A stretch of DNA of 63,827 nt, filler included, from Platydemus manokwari (lineage: Eukaryota): assembly GCA_037951405.1 (NCBI GenBank). It is 6 parts of 6 records of this genome, joined end to end, with 100 filler letters (N's around TTAATTAATTAA, not from the genome) between each part and the next. Parts side by side here need not be neighbours in the genome. Positions count along the whole stretch, not along the records: positions 9,409 to 21,474 come from JBBMOY010317780.1; positions 21,575 to 35,672 come from JBBMOY011534745.1; 4 more parts are not named here. The stretch is one strand, 5' to 3'. This document shows, one piece after another, positions 14,562 to 28,606 of the stretch; position 1 is the first letter of the stretch; each line of letters begins with the position of its first letter. The notes below the pieces were generated by a model, which was given only the letters and a program-made list of their open reading frames with translations, did not search any database and was not told the DNA's origin. The position numbers and the translations under genes are program-made.

Positions 14562-16599
14562 ATTATTAATGAAATAATTAAATATATTTAAATGAAAAAC
14601 AACATGAACTTAATTAAAATACCATTATTAAATATTCAATATATAAGTAAATCGTATATTCATGACGAATCATAATAACATCGGACAAAAAACCTTAGAT
14701 TCATTTGATAAGTGTTTTAATGATAATAGGGGTGATTGTCGTGTAAATGTGAAATAACAAGTAATTGTTGCGAGTTAATTAAAGGTTAAGATAAAAATAT
14801 AACTGAAATAGATCTAGAATAAATACAAGAACTATAAACTTGAAATAAAGTCCAAGTGCAAACAAATATTCGCTATATGAAAACCAACTCATAATTTAAT
14901 AAAGTTCGTCATTATTGTAGATAAAACTTAAATCAGAATTAATAATTTTACTAAGAAAATTTTATTATAAAATTAAAATCAATTACTAATAATGACCAAC
15001 CGTTGGATTTCCTTGATACTAATAAAACTTCATAAAATATCTTTCTGTATCCAATGTAGAAATCTAAAAACGCTAAAATACCAAAATAATAAATTACAAA
15101 GCTATAAATAATTACTTGAATAAAGTTAAAATTGAAAATTTAAAACAATGCATTTGTTAGTATTGTAATTAATATTGTATTTACATTTAATATACAGATT
15201 ATTAAAATATTACTAAATTGTGAAATCTGGAAAGTATACTCAATCCAAATTTTCGTCATCGTGATAACATCTCAGAATATCATTGTCGTAATGTATAAAT
15301 GCTTAGCGAAATTCACTTAGAGGTATGCGTAATTTATCATTTTAAGGATAAGGTCATTTTTGATTTAACTTACAAAGTAAAAATAACACGTAAGTTGTCT
15401 TACAAACTGATATTTATATTAAACGGTTACTTCAAAATAAGTTATTGAATGTTTCAAAATTAGATCATATTTATATAACTTGATTCAAAGTTTAAAAAGT
15501 TCAATATAATAATCAGTGTGCTTTCGTTTTCATTATTATTGTGGGTGGGAGGCGAGTAAGACACAAAGAAAATTAAGATTTTGGCTCCCTGAACCCTTGT
15601 TTGCATTTTTACACATACACATGCTCACACCACCAAGAAGGCATAGTAGCCAGTAAATCAATGATGACATAAATTGAAGATTCCGATTCGGTAAATTGAT
15701 AACAACTAAATAACAACTAAATAACCACCATAACGAATTAATTTAAAAGGCGATGAGAGTAGCGATGAAACTATTATGCGATAATCCATAACACATGCTA
15801 CATCAACAGAAAGAGAAAGATGTCGTTAAGTAATAAAAAATTCTAAATGTCAATTATTATTAATACGCGATTTATTGTTGTAAAATTCCAAAACAAAAAT
15901 TTAATTAATAAATATATTTACAAAAAAAAATATTTCAACTTCTTTATATTAACAAAAAAATCAAAGATATGGATAGTATGTATTCGTACTGTTTGGATAA
16001 ACAATTAATTAAATAATAATAATGAAATAATAATAAGAGAATACAATAAGAGAATGATAAACAATAGAATTAAAATAGATATAACGACAATACGACAAAA
16101 CACGACAAATTAATAATGAACAATTAAAATGAATGAGCAATGATTATCAATAAAAATAAACCAAATTATAATTTTTTTTCAGAAAATAGAAACAAAATTG
16201 AAATAACTAAAATTTAAATTTAAATTATCTGAAAATAGATAATCAAATTAAAAAAAGGACAAAAATAGCAAGAAAATAAAATGAACACAAAAATAGATAT
16301 AATAAAAACTTAAAATAAGAAGAAAATGAATTAATAATTTTACAAAATGCCAAAGAATGTAACAAGAAGTGCCCTTAAGGCAATACACTTGAGTAGGGGA
16401 AAAGTGCTAATCTAAACCACACCACAAAAAAATTAAAAAAAAGATACCCCCCTTTTTAAAAATTAAAAAATAAATAAATAAAATTCAAAAATTCAAAAAT
16501 TTAAAAAATATAAATAAAAAATAAATTAAGAAAAAAAGTAAATTAAATAAAAAAATAAATTAAAAATAAAATTAAAAAAAGCAAAAGTTGATTAAAAAC

Positions 16600-17390
16600 C
16601 CAATTTTAAGAAATTTAGTTATATCAAATATTTTATATCCTTTTCGCGATATATAAATTGGATATATTTGATAATCTTTTCTTTCAGTATATGATCGTGT
16701 GTCTTCTCCGTTTGAGTCTTTAATTTGAGATTGTTTATTTAATCCGTAAACATTTATTTTAAAATTATTATTATTTTCAAATTTCTTAATTTCATTAATT
16801 GGTGTTGGAAATGATATTCCTTCTATGTTTAATTCATTTAAATGGTTGATATAATGGCCAGGTCTATTTGGCATTCCTCTTTCATTAATTGGGTAAAGAT
16901 GAGCAAGTATACAATATAAGAAACATTGATTATCATAGTTCTCAATATTTATTGCTGCTTTACTTATAAAAGGTAATGGTATATAACTTTGACCTGATAA
17001 TACTGTTACTATATAAATATTTATTGTTATATTTCCTAATTCAAATATGTTCCATCTACTTCCTTGAACCTTCATTAAAGAATCATCAATTTAATCTGGA
17101 AAATCGTTAATTAATTGTCTTAAATTTGTTTCGGTTTCTTGCAATATTCCAATCTTTAAAGTTTGAGAAGATCTTATTTTTAATGTTTGGAAATCAGATT
17201 CTTCTGTATCTGGATTAATTTTATGAAGTAATACTTTTACAACTATTTCATATTTAATGTTTTTATACTTATTTAAAAATTCTAATATTTCTAAATACTC
17301 CTCAAGAACATGACTACATATATCTTTTGTTGGTATAGATTTCTTTTTAATAGTAATTGATTTATAAATATCTGACATACCATTGGTTGT
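16600..17390 (-). mobile_element. Polinton/Maverick-type protein-primed polymerase B, N-terminal region fragment
   Basis: GSRW..GQSYIPLP..AINIENYDNQCFLYCILAHLYP..LNIEGISFPTPINEIKKFENNNNFKINVYGL matches the motif series typical of invertebrate Polinton polB N-termini; in-frame upstream ORF 17091-17378 is separated by a stop. Confidence 0.75.
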
Positions 17391-17849
17391 TTGAGTTGTA
17401 GAAGTACTTGGTTGTTCTGTATTATTATTGATATTCTAATCGTAAACATTATCATTTGTTTTGACTATACTTTTCATTTAATGTATATACTATTTCGGTT
17501 AGAATCGCAGCTCAGTTTTGTGCGTATCAAATAACCACAAGGTCATAAAAACTTTGAAAACGCTACAATTTCAACAACCAGCCACAAAGAAAGACTTTTT
17601 ATAGAATCATTAGAACAATCACTAAAGTACTATAGTGCAGAGGAAAGCACTGCACAATATTTTAACATTAAAATAGAATTTCCAGTTGTAATAGTGAAGA
17701 AGAAAATGATACTAAAAATCAAACCTATTTTTTTCGAGAAGTATAGAAAATATTTGAGTATTGGAAAAATCGATGTATTTTACGTCATTAAACCTGTCTG
17801 AGTATATTTTCAAGTCTCTATATCTCTAGAAGATTAGCAAAAAACAGCT

Positions 17850-19020
17850 TTTAATTATAAATATACACAATTTGACTACCAGCAACATTTCAAACATTAA
17901 ATAACTATCATAAATTATATTTTCAAATATCTTAGGATTCATCCTATCGAAAGATAAAAATACCAATGCCTCCAACCAAACGTACATAAAAGGTTGATTT
18001 GACATTGATTTAAAATCCGTTCTGGCATCGGACATTATTTTTTTACCTAAAATCTTTAACTTTATCGATAATTGCTTTATTTTGTGATGCATGGGTTAGT
18101 TTATTTAGATTAATACAATTTACCAATATGAAATCATTTAAGATCGGTTAAAGCGGTAAAAAGAAAAAGCTTATGGGAGGTTTGTGTAGCGATTAAACAC
18201 AAAATTGATAAATTGTATTTATTCCATCTAAAAGCTTTGGATGATGATATACTAACTTATGAAGAAAAAATAAAAGCTAAAGATATTATTTAAGTGAAGA
18301 AATGTTGAAGATGAAAAAAAATTATATAAAATTACAAAATAAAATACTAAAAGGAGCAAAAAAGTAACATTAAATAGAAGAGTCACACCTTGAACTTTCA
18401 AAGTACTTTTAAATTAAACTTTCTCAAGTTAATCATGGTATAGATGTTGCGGATTATATTTTTGTTTGTGAGAATACGATGTTTTATGTATTCTACAATT
18501 TTGCTTTAATAAACTCATTTCTGTTTAGTTTAATTTACGTAGATCAATTTCTAGAGATGATAAATTATGTTTATTATATATATATATATCGTTTGTTTTT
18601 ATATTTTCAAACACAGAAATTTTTTTCAGTAGTTCATTTTTAAAATTCTGTTTCGAATAAAGGTAAATTAAATTCTTTTTCTAGTTATAAAAACTTTTCG
18701 TATTTCATTGACTTACATATTTTATCTAAAGAGTTTGGAAATAATCTTAAAGAGTCTGTGAATCTAATGCAACCGTAATTAAAGGAAATGTATATCTCGA
18801 CTGTTAAAGGTAATATTTTTATTTATTTAGAATCTTTAATCTTAATTAATTCTGCTGCTAAAATTTTTATTATTAAATGGAAATCATATTTTGATCCATT
18901 ATGGAAGTATAATGGGCAGTCTTTTGGTTTTTTCGCTAATGCATTACATTCTTTACATACTACTCCTCTGTAGCTAGTATGCTGTAAATAATTATCATGA
19001 TTTCTTACTTCATCCTTACA
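17850..19020 (-). mobile_element. Polinton/Maverick polB central fragment (zinc-ribbon and exonuclease region), degraded
   Basis: VRNHD..SYRGVVCKECN..PLYFHNGSKYDFHLII..YISFNYGCIRFTDSLRLFPNSLDK (~18710-19015) resembles the VRDHCH..YRG..CN..FHN..YD.H..RF.DS..SLD series of polB. Weaker continuation DSYLMFE at 17826-18092. Confidence 0.72.
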
Positions 19021-19769
19021 TTCTTATATTTCTTATATTTCTTATATTTCCTCCTTCACTCGTTTCATTATTAAAAATGATTATAGGGAAACAAAATTAA
19101 AAAAAAATTAAAAAGCAAAGTAAAATAAAATTTATAAAAAATCACATAATGTGAAAAATTATATTAAAAATATTATCATAGAAAGCTATTAAATGCCTTT
19201 GATAGAAATAAAATGTGAAATTTAGAATATAAGATTTAAAGTAATAAATCTTAGAAAATATTTAAAAATACATTACAAATTGGAATGCTTTCATTAATAA
19301 TAACATATAATAATTTTATTTAATAATTTCATGAATATGAATAAGTAATAATTCCATCAACAAAAACAAGTATAAATATTTTATTTATTTTTGTTATAGA
19401 TAGAAATAAAATAAAAAAAATCTTTCATATCTTTATTTGATCATTGTTTTACAATAATCACTTCAATATGTTTACTAATTTCAATATGACTTACTCCAAT
19501 ACGTGAATGTAATTTATTATAATCATTATCAGCCACAATTTGTAACACATTATTATCCCGTATCTGACTTCAAATGGTTGTACGGTGTTTCCTTAGTTTT
19601 ATTGAATCATTCAGCGAAAATAGTTCCTCATTTTCTGTATAATACAAAATATTATTATTTTCTTCATGGAACATATTACTAATACATTATTCCTTAGTAA
19701 TGTACAAAAATATAATTACGACCTTTCTTATATATTTAGACATTATATTACTATTAGGGTTTATGGATT

Positions 19770-20560
19770 TTATTTTAATTCTATTTGATATCACTGTTGT
19801 CTTATATAAGCATCTATAAGCTCTTGATTAAGGACAAAGGTATCATCTAATTCATTTCGTTGAATCTTCACCTCGCAATATCTTACTTTGTAAAGATAAT
19901 ATGTGTGATACTAATGATTTATCTTAACTATCAGTCTCAATAAATGGTATCTATTTAAATTCATGACTATGCTGACAATAATGATAATGAACAATGATTT
20001 ATGATTCATATTTAATAAAAAGTCTAACTACTACAAATGTTTATCAATAATCAATATCATATTGATGAACAATGATTAATAAAACAATTATATATAGTTT
20101 TTGATACTACATTATACATCAACTTGTAACAAACCTTAACGGCTTCTAAGACTAAAGGAGCAGTTTGTATGCTCTACACTCTTGAGACAAAGATCAATAA
20201 TTGATTATTACAGATAATATAATATTGATCAGTAGTTCATAAAAATTCATCTTACTGCAGGGTCTTTCAGTAGAATACTGGATATATAGGGAATCTTTAT
20301 CTTCGATATTGGATGGTCATCTATCGTGCAGTTCTTGAATTTAAAATAATATGTCTTGTCCCCGTATATAATAATAAATATAATGTGTTACTGCGACTTC
20401 GGTAATGTGTTTTTGTTGCACTGTTAATTATGATTAATGTAGGCAGTGATGATTTGTTCACAGATATTACCTGCGTTTTAATTTAATGCAAGTGTATTTA
20501 TTATTTTCTCGCTGTTATTTATTTAGCGAAGTAAGAAATTTAGATTATCACATATCACTT
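19770..20560 (-). mobile_element. Diverged LTR-like repeat, homologous to 23121-24229
   Basis: Shared blocks ctat(a/g)agctcttgattaagg, cttcac(c/a)tcgca, atatatagggaat / gtatatacgggaat, aggcagtg..cagatatt. Confidence 0.5.
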
Positions 20561-21474
20561 CATCTGATTTCTCTACTCAAACTTTCGCTAATTATGATTC
20601 AAAGATTGCACCTACACCAATTAGAGTCTCACAACTTTACAACAACATTTTGTGCCAATCTATATGCATTCAATATACACAAAGGCTAAACCCTTAAATA
20701 AAATTAGATATTAAATTGTTATAGAAATGTTTTGATTGAGACCTATAAATATTTTTTGAATGGATGAAAAGTATTTATAAAAATGACTTATTAAGTTGAA
20801 ATATTTAATCCCTACTTATTATTATTATTATTATCATTATTTACAAAAATAATATTTGTTAGAAAATTTGATCAAATTCAATGCATGAATACGTAAAATA
20901 CCTAAAATAATTGTTATTATCCAAAAAGTCATTTTCTAAATATATCTTTATTCTCGTGATTCAAATTGAATAAATTGTAAATTTAATCATTAGGTCATTT
21001 CTATTTATTAATTCATTTATTATTCTACTAAATAAGGGCCATTTTAAAAAGTTTAGATTTCTTGAAATTAAATACAATTGATGAAACATTTATGTTATGC
21101 TCAACATATTATGATTATCATTTATCTATGAGATAAAATTAGAGGGAAATTTACTCTAGCGTGCAGAGAATCCTTTATCTATTGTTAGTTTATACAAAGG
21201 AGACGTTGGAACATGTTCAACCAACCTTTGGTGCATCCTAATATTTTATAATCATATAAAATATATTTTTATAACATTTTAGATTTCATTATTAAATATT
21301 CAAACCATTAATCAGAAATAAATTATTAAACAACAGATTTTTGTATTTGAAGTACAAATACTTATCGGTAAAAAAATACAATAACAAAAAGCATAAAAAG
21401 AAAAAATAAATTAAACATTTTAGTACAATATTGGCAAATCTTAATTATTACAAATGGATTTGACCAATCAATGT

Positions 21475-21574
21475 NNNNNNNNNNNNNNNNNNNNNNNNNN
21501 NNNNNNNNNNNNNNNNNNTTAATTAATTAANNNNNNNNNNNNNNNNNNNNNNNNNNNNNNNNNNNNNNNNNNNN
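21475..21574. other. Artificial contig-joining spacer
   Basis: N44-TTAATTAATTAA-N44. Confidence 0.98.
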
Positions 21575-23120
21575 ATTTCATTAAATAAATATTTTAAAAA
21601 ATGTTTTTGTTTTTTAAAAAAAAGCCGGAATCATACTAATACACCTAATATTTGATCCAGAAAGTGTAGATTTGAATGCTGTCTTGCAAAAGGTTTTCTT
21701 AGTTTCTCTTCTCTTTTTAATTTTTTTTGGTTTTTTTTAACTCGGATGCTTTTGTCCTTTTATAGTCGTTTGCGTGGTGGAATTGTCGGCTTCTGGTTTT
21801 CTGATAAAATTAGCTGGTGATAAAATTCCTCCTGGTTTGATCGATCAGTGAATGAAAGTTTTCTATTGGCATTTTTAACTGTGTTTTCTTGTAATAAAAT
21901 TCCTCTGGCTTTGTATAAGTGAACGATAATTTTAAGTGAATGATAATTTTTCTATTATAATTTTTATTTCTTTTTCGTGTAACAGAATAACTGAATAATC
22001 GAATTATTTGCTAATTGTAAGGGCGAATTTAATGAGTAAATTGTCTCTTATATATTGGATTTTCTTTATTTTTTCTTATATTTTTTTTATTTGTAAAACT
22101 ATTCTAAGGAATTTTAATTATTAATCTTATCTTTTATTTAGTGCAATTATTATTTTCAGTATCTTTTATTTCTTTACGTCTTGACTTAATAATCCGAACT
22201 TTTGGTAGTAAAACATGGAAAACATACCTTCATTGTAGATCTTAAGATCACACTAGACAAAGAAGAAAACTTTAGGAATAACTTGGAGAGAAACTACCTA
22301 AAGTATGAAGACCTGGCAGTTCAAATAACTAGGTAATCCAGAACTTCAGTGAGTATTCATGTGTCAAACGTAAGTTGTTTAGAATTATGGGATCCTCAAA
22401 GTGATGGAGTCTTGAGATGAATAGGGTTAGATAGTAAGAGTTCAAGTGAGTTAGCTTCCCTTCTTGTTTCTACTTCTATTATAAAATCATATAGGTTAAG
22501 TAGATCTCACATAGCGTTGGAGGCTAGGCTTCTAAAAACAACCTCGCCAACATGTTTAACACAGAGTAACATACGAAATGATAGCTTGTGCATACGTAAA
22601 CGGGATACCAGTATAGGTATTTCTATTTATGTTGTTTATAAGGTGTTTTTGAGAGACAGTATACTCTTCTACATCTTTTTATAATGTTTTATGTGAGATC
22701 ATGGTAGAGTGCATCTGTCTTGGTTTCGAAGTTCACCTCGTCATGGAGAAAACTGTGTTAAAAATAATCCATAGGGTGTGGAATTAATTATACTTTTGCA
22801 TTTAATTTGTAGATCAAAATGAATTTTCAAAAAGAATAATAATTACAAGACATAACAATATGTTAATTTTAGAAGTTAAAAGAAAAGAACTGATAAAATA
22901 TACTCAATTTATTGGGTCGATAAGAAGCAATTATGAAATGAAAAAATTAGTAAAGGAATCTAAAGATGTTATCAAAAGATGTTATAGAGATCATTTAACA
23001 ATAATCTGATAATAATATGACAATTATTGAGAATTGATGTCTGGAAGGATAAAGAATTGATGTATAAAATTGTTGGATAAACTTCCTGTAACAATTTGGC
23101 ATAAATAATTTTTATTGTTA

Positions 23121-24229
23121 TGTTACGTTCGGGCCTTATTGACTTTATTGCTTTACTAAACTTAATCCAATTTGATACCGCTACTCTCTTAATCAGTCTC
23201 TATGAGCTCTTGATTAAGGTCACAAGTGTAATATACCTTATATTAATGTTCCTTCACATCGCACAGCCTTATTATGTGAAGACAATTGGGTGGAAGTAGT
23301 GACACGTTTAATTGACTTAATTACTTGTCTCAAAGTTATCTAAACCTACTTAAACTATTAATTATATTTTTTACAATTGATTACAATCATTGATTTTACG
23401 ATCCCTATATAATTAATAACTAAAACTTAATGTTATAATGTTTATTAAATATAACACCAATACAAAACTGATTAACAACAATAATAAAATAAAAATTACA
23501 GAGTGATTTTAAAACTACACTATACATTTAATAAAAAAAGGTACAGAACTATCTTACAATTCCAGAGAAAAAGACAATCAATACATCCAACTATAGGAGT
23601 AAAACCAGGTTAACTTTCTTCAGAGTTGTTTTGAGCAAAGCTCTATAATAAGAAGATAAATAATATAAATCAGTATTTTATAGGTATGGGTCTTACTTTG
23701 GGTCTTACACTAAAATATCGGGTATATACGGGAATATTGGTCTTTTGCACCAGATGATCTTCGACTGTGCGTCGATTTGAAATTTAAGTGATGTGTCTTC
23801 TCCAATTGATATATCGTATAACGTTGTCTTAGTAAGTGTGAAGTTGTGGGCCAAGCTAATTGTGAACTCTGCCTTATATAGGCAGTGTAAATCACTCGCA
23901 GATATTCTTTGCGATTAAATCTAATTCCAGTAAATTTATTCACTGGTGAGAGAAATTCTCTTCGAATATATTTATTAGACAGAGAAAATATCTCTCGATT
24001 AAATTTAATAGAGTGATATATTTTATTCTGTGATAGAATTTTCATGCTCGAAAATAGATGACGATTTATTTGTCGATGTTAATGCGTGATATCTTATTGG
24101 GTATTGATATTTTATAAATAAATTTATTATTTTAGAGAATTTCAACGGGTTTACTATTGGTAGTTTTATTAATAATATTATTTTAATTCAATTGTAGAAT
24201 AAAAATAAGGATGCACAAATTTCATTACA
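23121..24229 (-). mobile_element. Putative solo LTR (~1.1 kb)
   Basis: On the minus strand it begins TGTAA and ends TAACA, with a TATA-like CTATATAAGG (~23873-23882) and AATAAA close to the end. A second copy lies at 19770-20560. No TSD seen. Confidence 0.5.
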
Positions 24230-25054
24230 AAGAATAATTCCCTGCCATAATAAATTCATATATAGAAAATTGTTAAATATTTTGTTGGTGTGGTTTATTC
24301 TAATTTATGTTACTGGTTCTTAAGGGAGCTTCAACAACGGGTATGGAGACCTCGTTATAAGTAAATTGATTACTAGTACGATCTAAAGGTTTGATACAAT
24401 TAATTGATGGATTTATTCAACTTTGGTAATGATGAGAACTGGTTGAGAAGGCTACAATGTTAAATTAATTAGTCAGTTACCTCAACCCAATTAATTATTA
24501 TATAACAAGATTATTTACGTTACGATGTAAATTAATTATCACAACTCAGTCAAGTCCTATTCGATGTTATTATATTAACTCAATTCCAAAAGATAATTAT
24601 GGTACAATAGATATATTTTTAGAAAAATAAAAGTAACACAGTATGAATGTTAAACACAAAGATAATGAGTCAATAGCCAACACGTTGCCTAAGAAAGTAG
24701 CCAGCAGGGTCCGGAGCGGGCAGAGAAAAGATCCGTTCAATGGAAGAAAATTTTTTTATTAAAATTTAATTATTATGACGATCATACACTAACATGATTG
24801 TAAAATATTTTATCATTTATTTTTGTAATATTTTATTATTTATTTATTGTGACTTATATTTTATTATTTATTCCCTTATAGTTCTTTATAAAATATTATA
24901 TCTATTTTTCATTATTTCTTTATTGTGTTCTTTTGCTATCTCATCATTCTTATTATTCTATTTTATTAAAATCTGCCAAACTTTTCTCTTTCTCTTCTCC
25001 GCTCCTTAACATTGCACATTTATAAAAACTATTCACCGTGTTAAAAAAAAGGAT

Positions 25055-25138
25055 TGTCAACTATCACCACACAAGGATAATGTCAATATAACACAAAGAT
25101 AGTAATTGTCAATATAACACAAGAATCGTGATTGTCAA
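25055..25138. repeat. 26-bp period minisatellite (~3.2 units, core TGTCAATATAACACAA)
   Basis: TGTCAA starts at 25055, 25081, 25107 and 25133. Confidence 0.85.
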
Positions 25139-25814
25139 ATGGTATCATCAAGACCCAATCTGAGCTGGGTTGGACTGAAGGTTCGGTTAAGTTGATGTGA
25201 TCCACAGTCAAAGGTGTTATTGTTTAGTAATAGGCTTGTATTATTTTATGTATATTACTTTTATGTATATTTATGCTATGCACATGCGATGTAAATTGTA
25301 AGTATTGAGGTAAAAATGAAGTATTAATAGTAGTAAGTATTGGGTGAGTATCCCAGCAAAATACATGTACTAGGTATTAAATAAATAATCATAGAGAATT
25401 TTTACTAGTGACTCATCAATATTAGGCAAAGGTCACAATTATTAAAGATACAATTAAGATTACCATGACAACAATAAGCCAAGAATTAGAAGATTGTTCA
25501 GTGCATGCATATCAATACATTCTTCATTTTAACAATTACAAGTACAAACCAATTGTCACTTTAAAGCAGTAACTGTGAAATTATTATTCGAGAAAACATA
25601 GAAGTTAAAACAGCAAAATTTTTTCGAAAAAAGCTAATATTTTGAGCAAGAGTCTAAAGATAAATTATTTTTTTCTAAATAGAATCTAACCTATTCCTAA
25701 GAAGCATTACTTTATAAATAATTATTGCACTATTTAGTTAAATTTAAACAACATTTATTAACAATATTTCAGTCGCTCCATTTTAGAAATATCCAATATT
25801 CGTATAGTAGGGTA

Positions 25815-26676
25815 TGTTAGGATCCAATATCCACCACAATGAGTCATCAAATAACTTATTACGCCCACAATACAATCACATAATTTCACATAAATAAAAT
25901 TACATAAATAGATCAAAGTCCTAAAAATAGTAATGACGTAATTCCTAAAATAAACACGTGATTAAAAATGGAATTTATAAAATGCAAAAATAGCAAAATA
26001 AATAGACACACTATAAATAGAATTACGTCATACTAAACATAGAAAAATCGTGATTGGGCGATAATACAACTAAAATTAGTATATAAGCAGACAATACTTT
26101 AGTTAAAATCGCCATAAAGTTGACATAAAACTACTGCAAAAAACTTGCTAGCGAAAAGTTAACTGACACTACGAGAACAGTATATACTGCAAGACAGACA
26201 GCTTAAGGACAGTTATCAGAATAAGCCAGTGATCTAAGCTAACGACGTACAGCACGGAACGTTCATTCGAATCGAGACGAGCGTAGGACAACTCCGTAAC
26301 AAGACAAGTTAAGCAACAGGTATAAAGCGATTTACCGATTGATTTTCGTACCGTGTCGATAGATTCGGTACTAATTAACTAAGCTCTTCGTTTTTCTCCC
26401 ATCTTTTTAATAGGTTTTATTTCATTGTACGGTTCACCCGTATCGTGATTCTTGCCCTCTGGTTAAGCAAGCCACGCTTCACCAGTTTTTTGTTAACACA
26501 ATCATATTAATACATTTGTGTATCTGATTCTGTTATTCATAATTTAATTGATAATTACATTTTAGTTCAGATCGTTATTGTTATTTATTCTATTATAATA
26601 TTTATATTCTAACTACTTCAAATCGAACGTAACCAATCGTTTGGAGTCCGATTGGTATTATACGAGCACAGTAACA
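25815..26676 (+). mobile_element. Putative LTR (copy A), possibly a 3' LTR
   Basis: TGTTA...TAACA termini; short purine-rich AGTAGGGTA just upstream (PPT-like); TATATAAG at 26080; near-terminal hairpin shared with 57492-58290; no TSD. Confidence 0.55.
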
Positions 26677-28606
26677 TCCAATAAAGAGCAACCAACTACA
26701 ACCAATAATAACAAACCTCTCTCTAGTAAAAATCCAATAGGTATTTCGTAGCAACCTACTTGTGCATTGCGTTGCTTACTTTGCATAAATAGTTCATGCT
26801 AAATTTTCAAGGTTCAAAATTTGTATTTTCCAAATAAACTTCTATTAAATAAACTCAATCTTTTAATCGCTGTATTTAAAACTAGTAAAGTAATTTACAA
26901 TTATATAAATTCATATATTATATATTCAGCTGCGTCGGGACAAAAATATGGCATTTTCCCAATAACTAGTTCATATAAGATATAAGATATAAATTCAAAT
27001 CTTTATATTTGTCTTTAATAAATTTCTTACTAAGGGTTGGCCTTTAAGTGCCAGCAACCTCTCTAGATCGATATAACTTTACACAAATACTTAAAGATTT
27101 AATTAATTGAATGATTGGACTGGGTAAAGATAATATCATAATTATTATTACAATTACCATTACAAATTTCATTTTACAATAACTGAATCCTTGGAATTAA
27201 AAAATTAATAATATAAGTGAGGAAATCTTTCTTTTTCTGCTAGATAAATTGTTTCACATTTATAGATTAATTTCAATTAATCGATTTTCTTCCAGACATA
27301 ATTCACTTTCTTGAATGTAATCGTCCAGGTTGAGATTAAATTGAATTATTTTCTTTCATTTTTCAATTGAATTCTTTATATGCGTTAAGTCGATATAATT
27401 TCTTAATAGTAATAAACAATGTACTCTTGTAATATTTTGCGGGGTTTTGTGATTTTTAGGTATATTTATCCTATGTATCTCTTCTTTGTTTGATTTTTTA
27501 AAAATATTTTTATATTTTATATATTCTAATTATATAAGTTTTTATTTTATGTTGCTATTTTTAGTTATTTTTATTTCGTCGTTCTAATTTGGTATTTTAT
27601 TATTTCGGTATTTATTCTTTGGTCTATTTTTCGGTTTCTTCTAGAAAAAATTTATATTAATTATTGTTCCTATCTGAGGTGATTTCTAGTACCAAACAGT
27701 ATATCTAATAATATATTAAAACTACCTACATACAATGTAATTCATATATTATGAATTAAGATTTTGTGCTCCAGGATATATTGTAATGGCAGAACCTCAA
27801 CAACATTTTCTTATGAGATCCCATCACTTAAAGCTTATTTTTCTTTAAATTTGCACCCAATCTATTCGGTTACTATTTTCACTTGTTAATAAATTCGAAT
27901 TTTTAATCTGGTTGTTATATTTCCTCTTATTTCTTTTAGTTTTTATCACTATTTATTTTATTCTTATTCTTTATTAATACTGTTGACTTTTTAATAACTA
28001 TTATTTAATGTATGTTCTGTGTATTATTGCTCTTCGTAATCCCCTATTATTCTAATTATTTGTATCGATTTTATCATCATAATTTAACCGCTACTGTCAT
28101 TACTATTAGTTATTTTTGATATTGTTCATATTATTTATTCATTACATCTTAATAATTACATTATAACTTGCCTTCATTTAATCTTCAAGTTTACTTAATT
28201 TTAAGGTATTTAAAAATACTTTGCATTATTTTGCGTTTGCATACAGAATTATTATCTACCATCATATTTAGAGTAATATTTGCGTTTTATTTTGCTGATT
28301 ATGCTATTGACATTTATTCTTCAGGTTAAGTCTAAATTATCGAAGTAATTGGAAACTTTTGCAAGTAATTATACTAATATTTTAACCAGTCAATTAAAAA
28401 AATGATCAATTCTTAATTTCTTTTGTCATTGTTAAGCTGTATAAATTAATGTCAAAATTATAAAATTATTTATTGCGAATTTCTAAATAAATATGGTTTA
28501 TTCTACGTATTGTAATGAATTCACTTTTTAATTTTATGTTTTAAGTTCTTTATGTTTTGAAGTAATTTTTTAGTTATTTAATCTATTATTTTAGAATGAA
28601 TTGTTA

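Noticed and set aside
25055-25138. CRISPR-like array
   Set aside because: Units are only 26 bp, the variable part is ~10 nt and self-similar, the context is eukaryotic, and there are no cas genes
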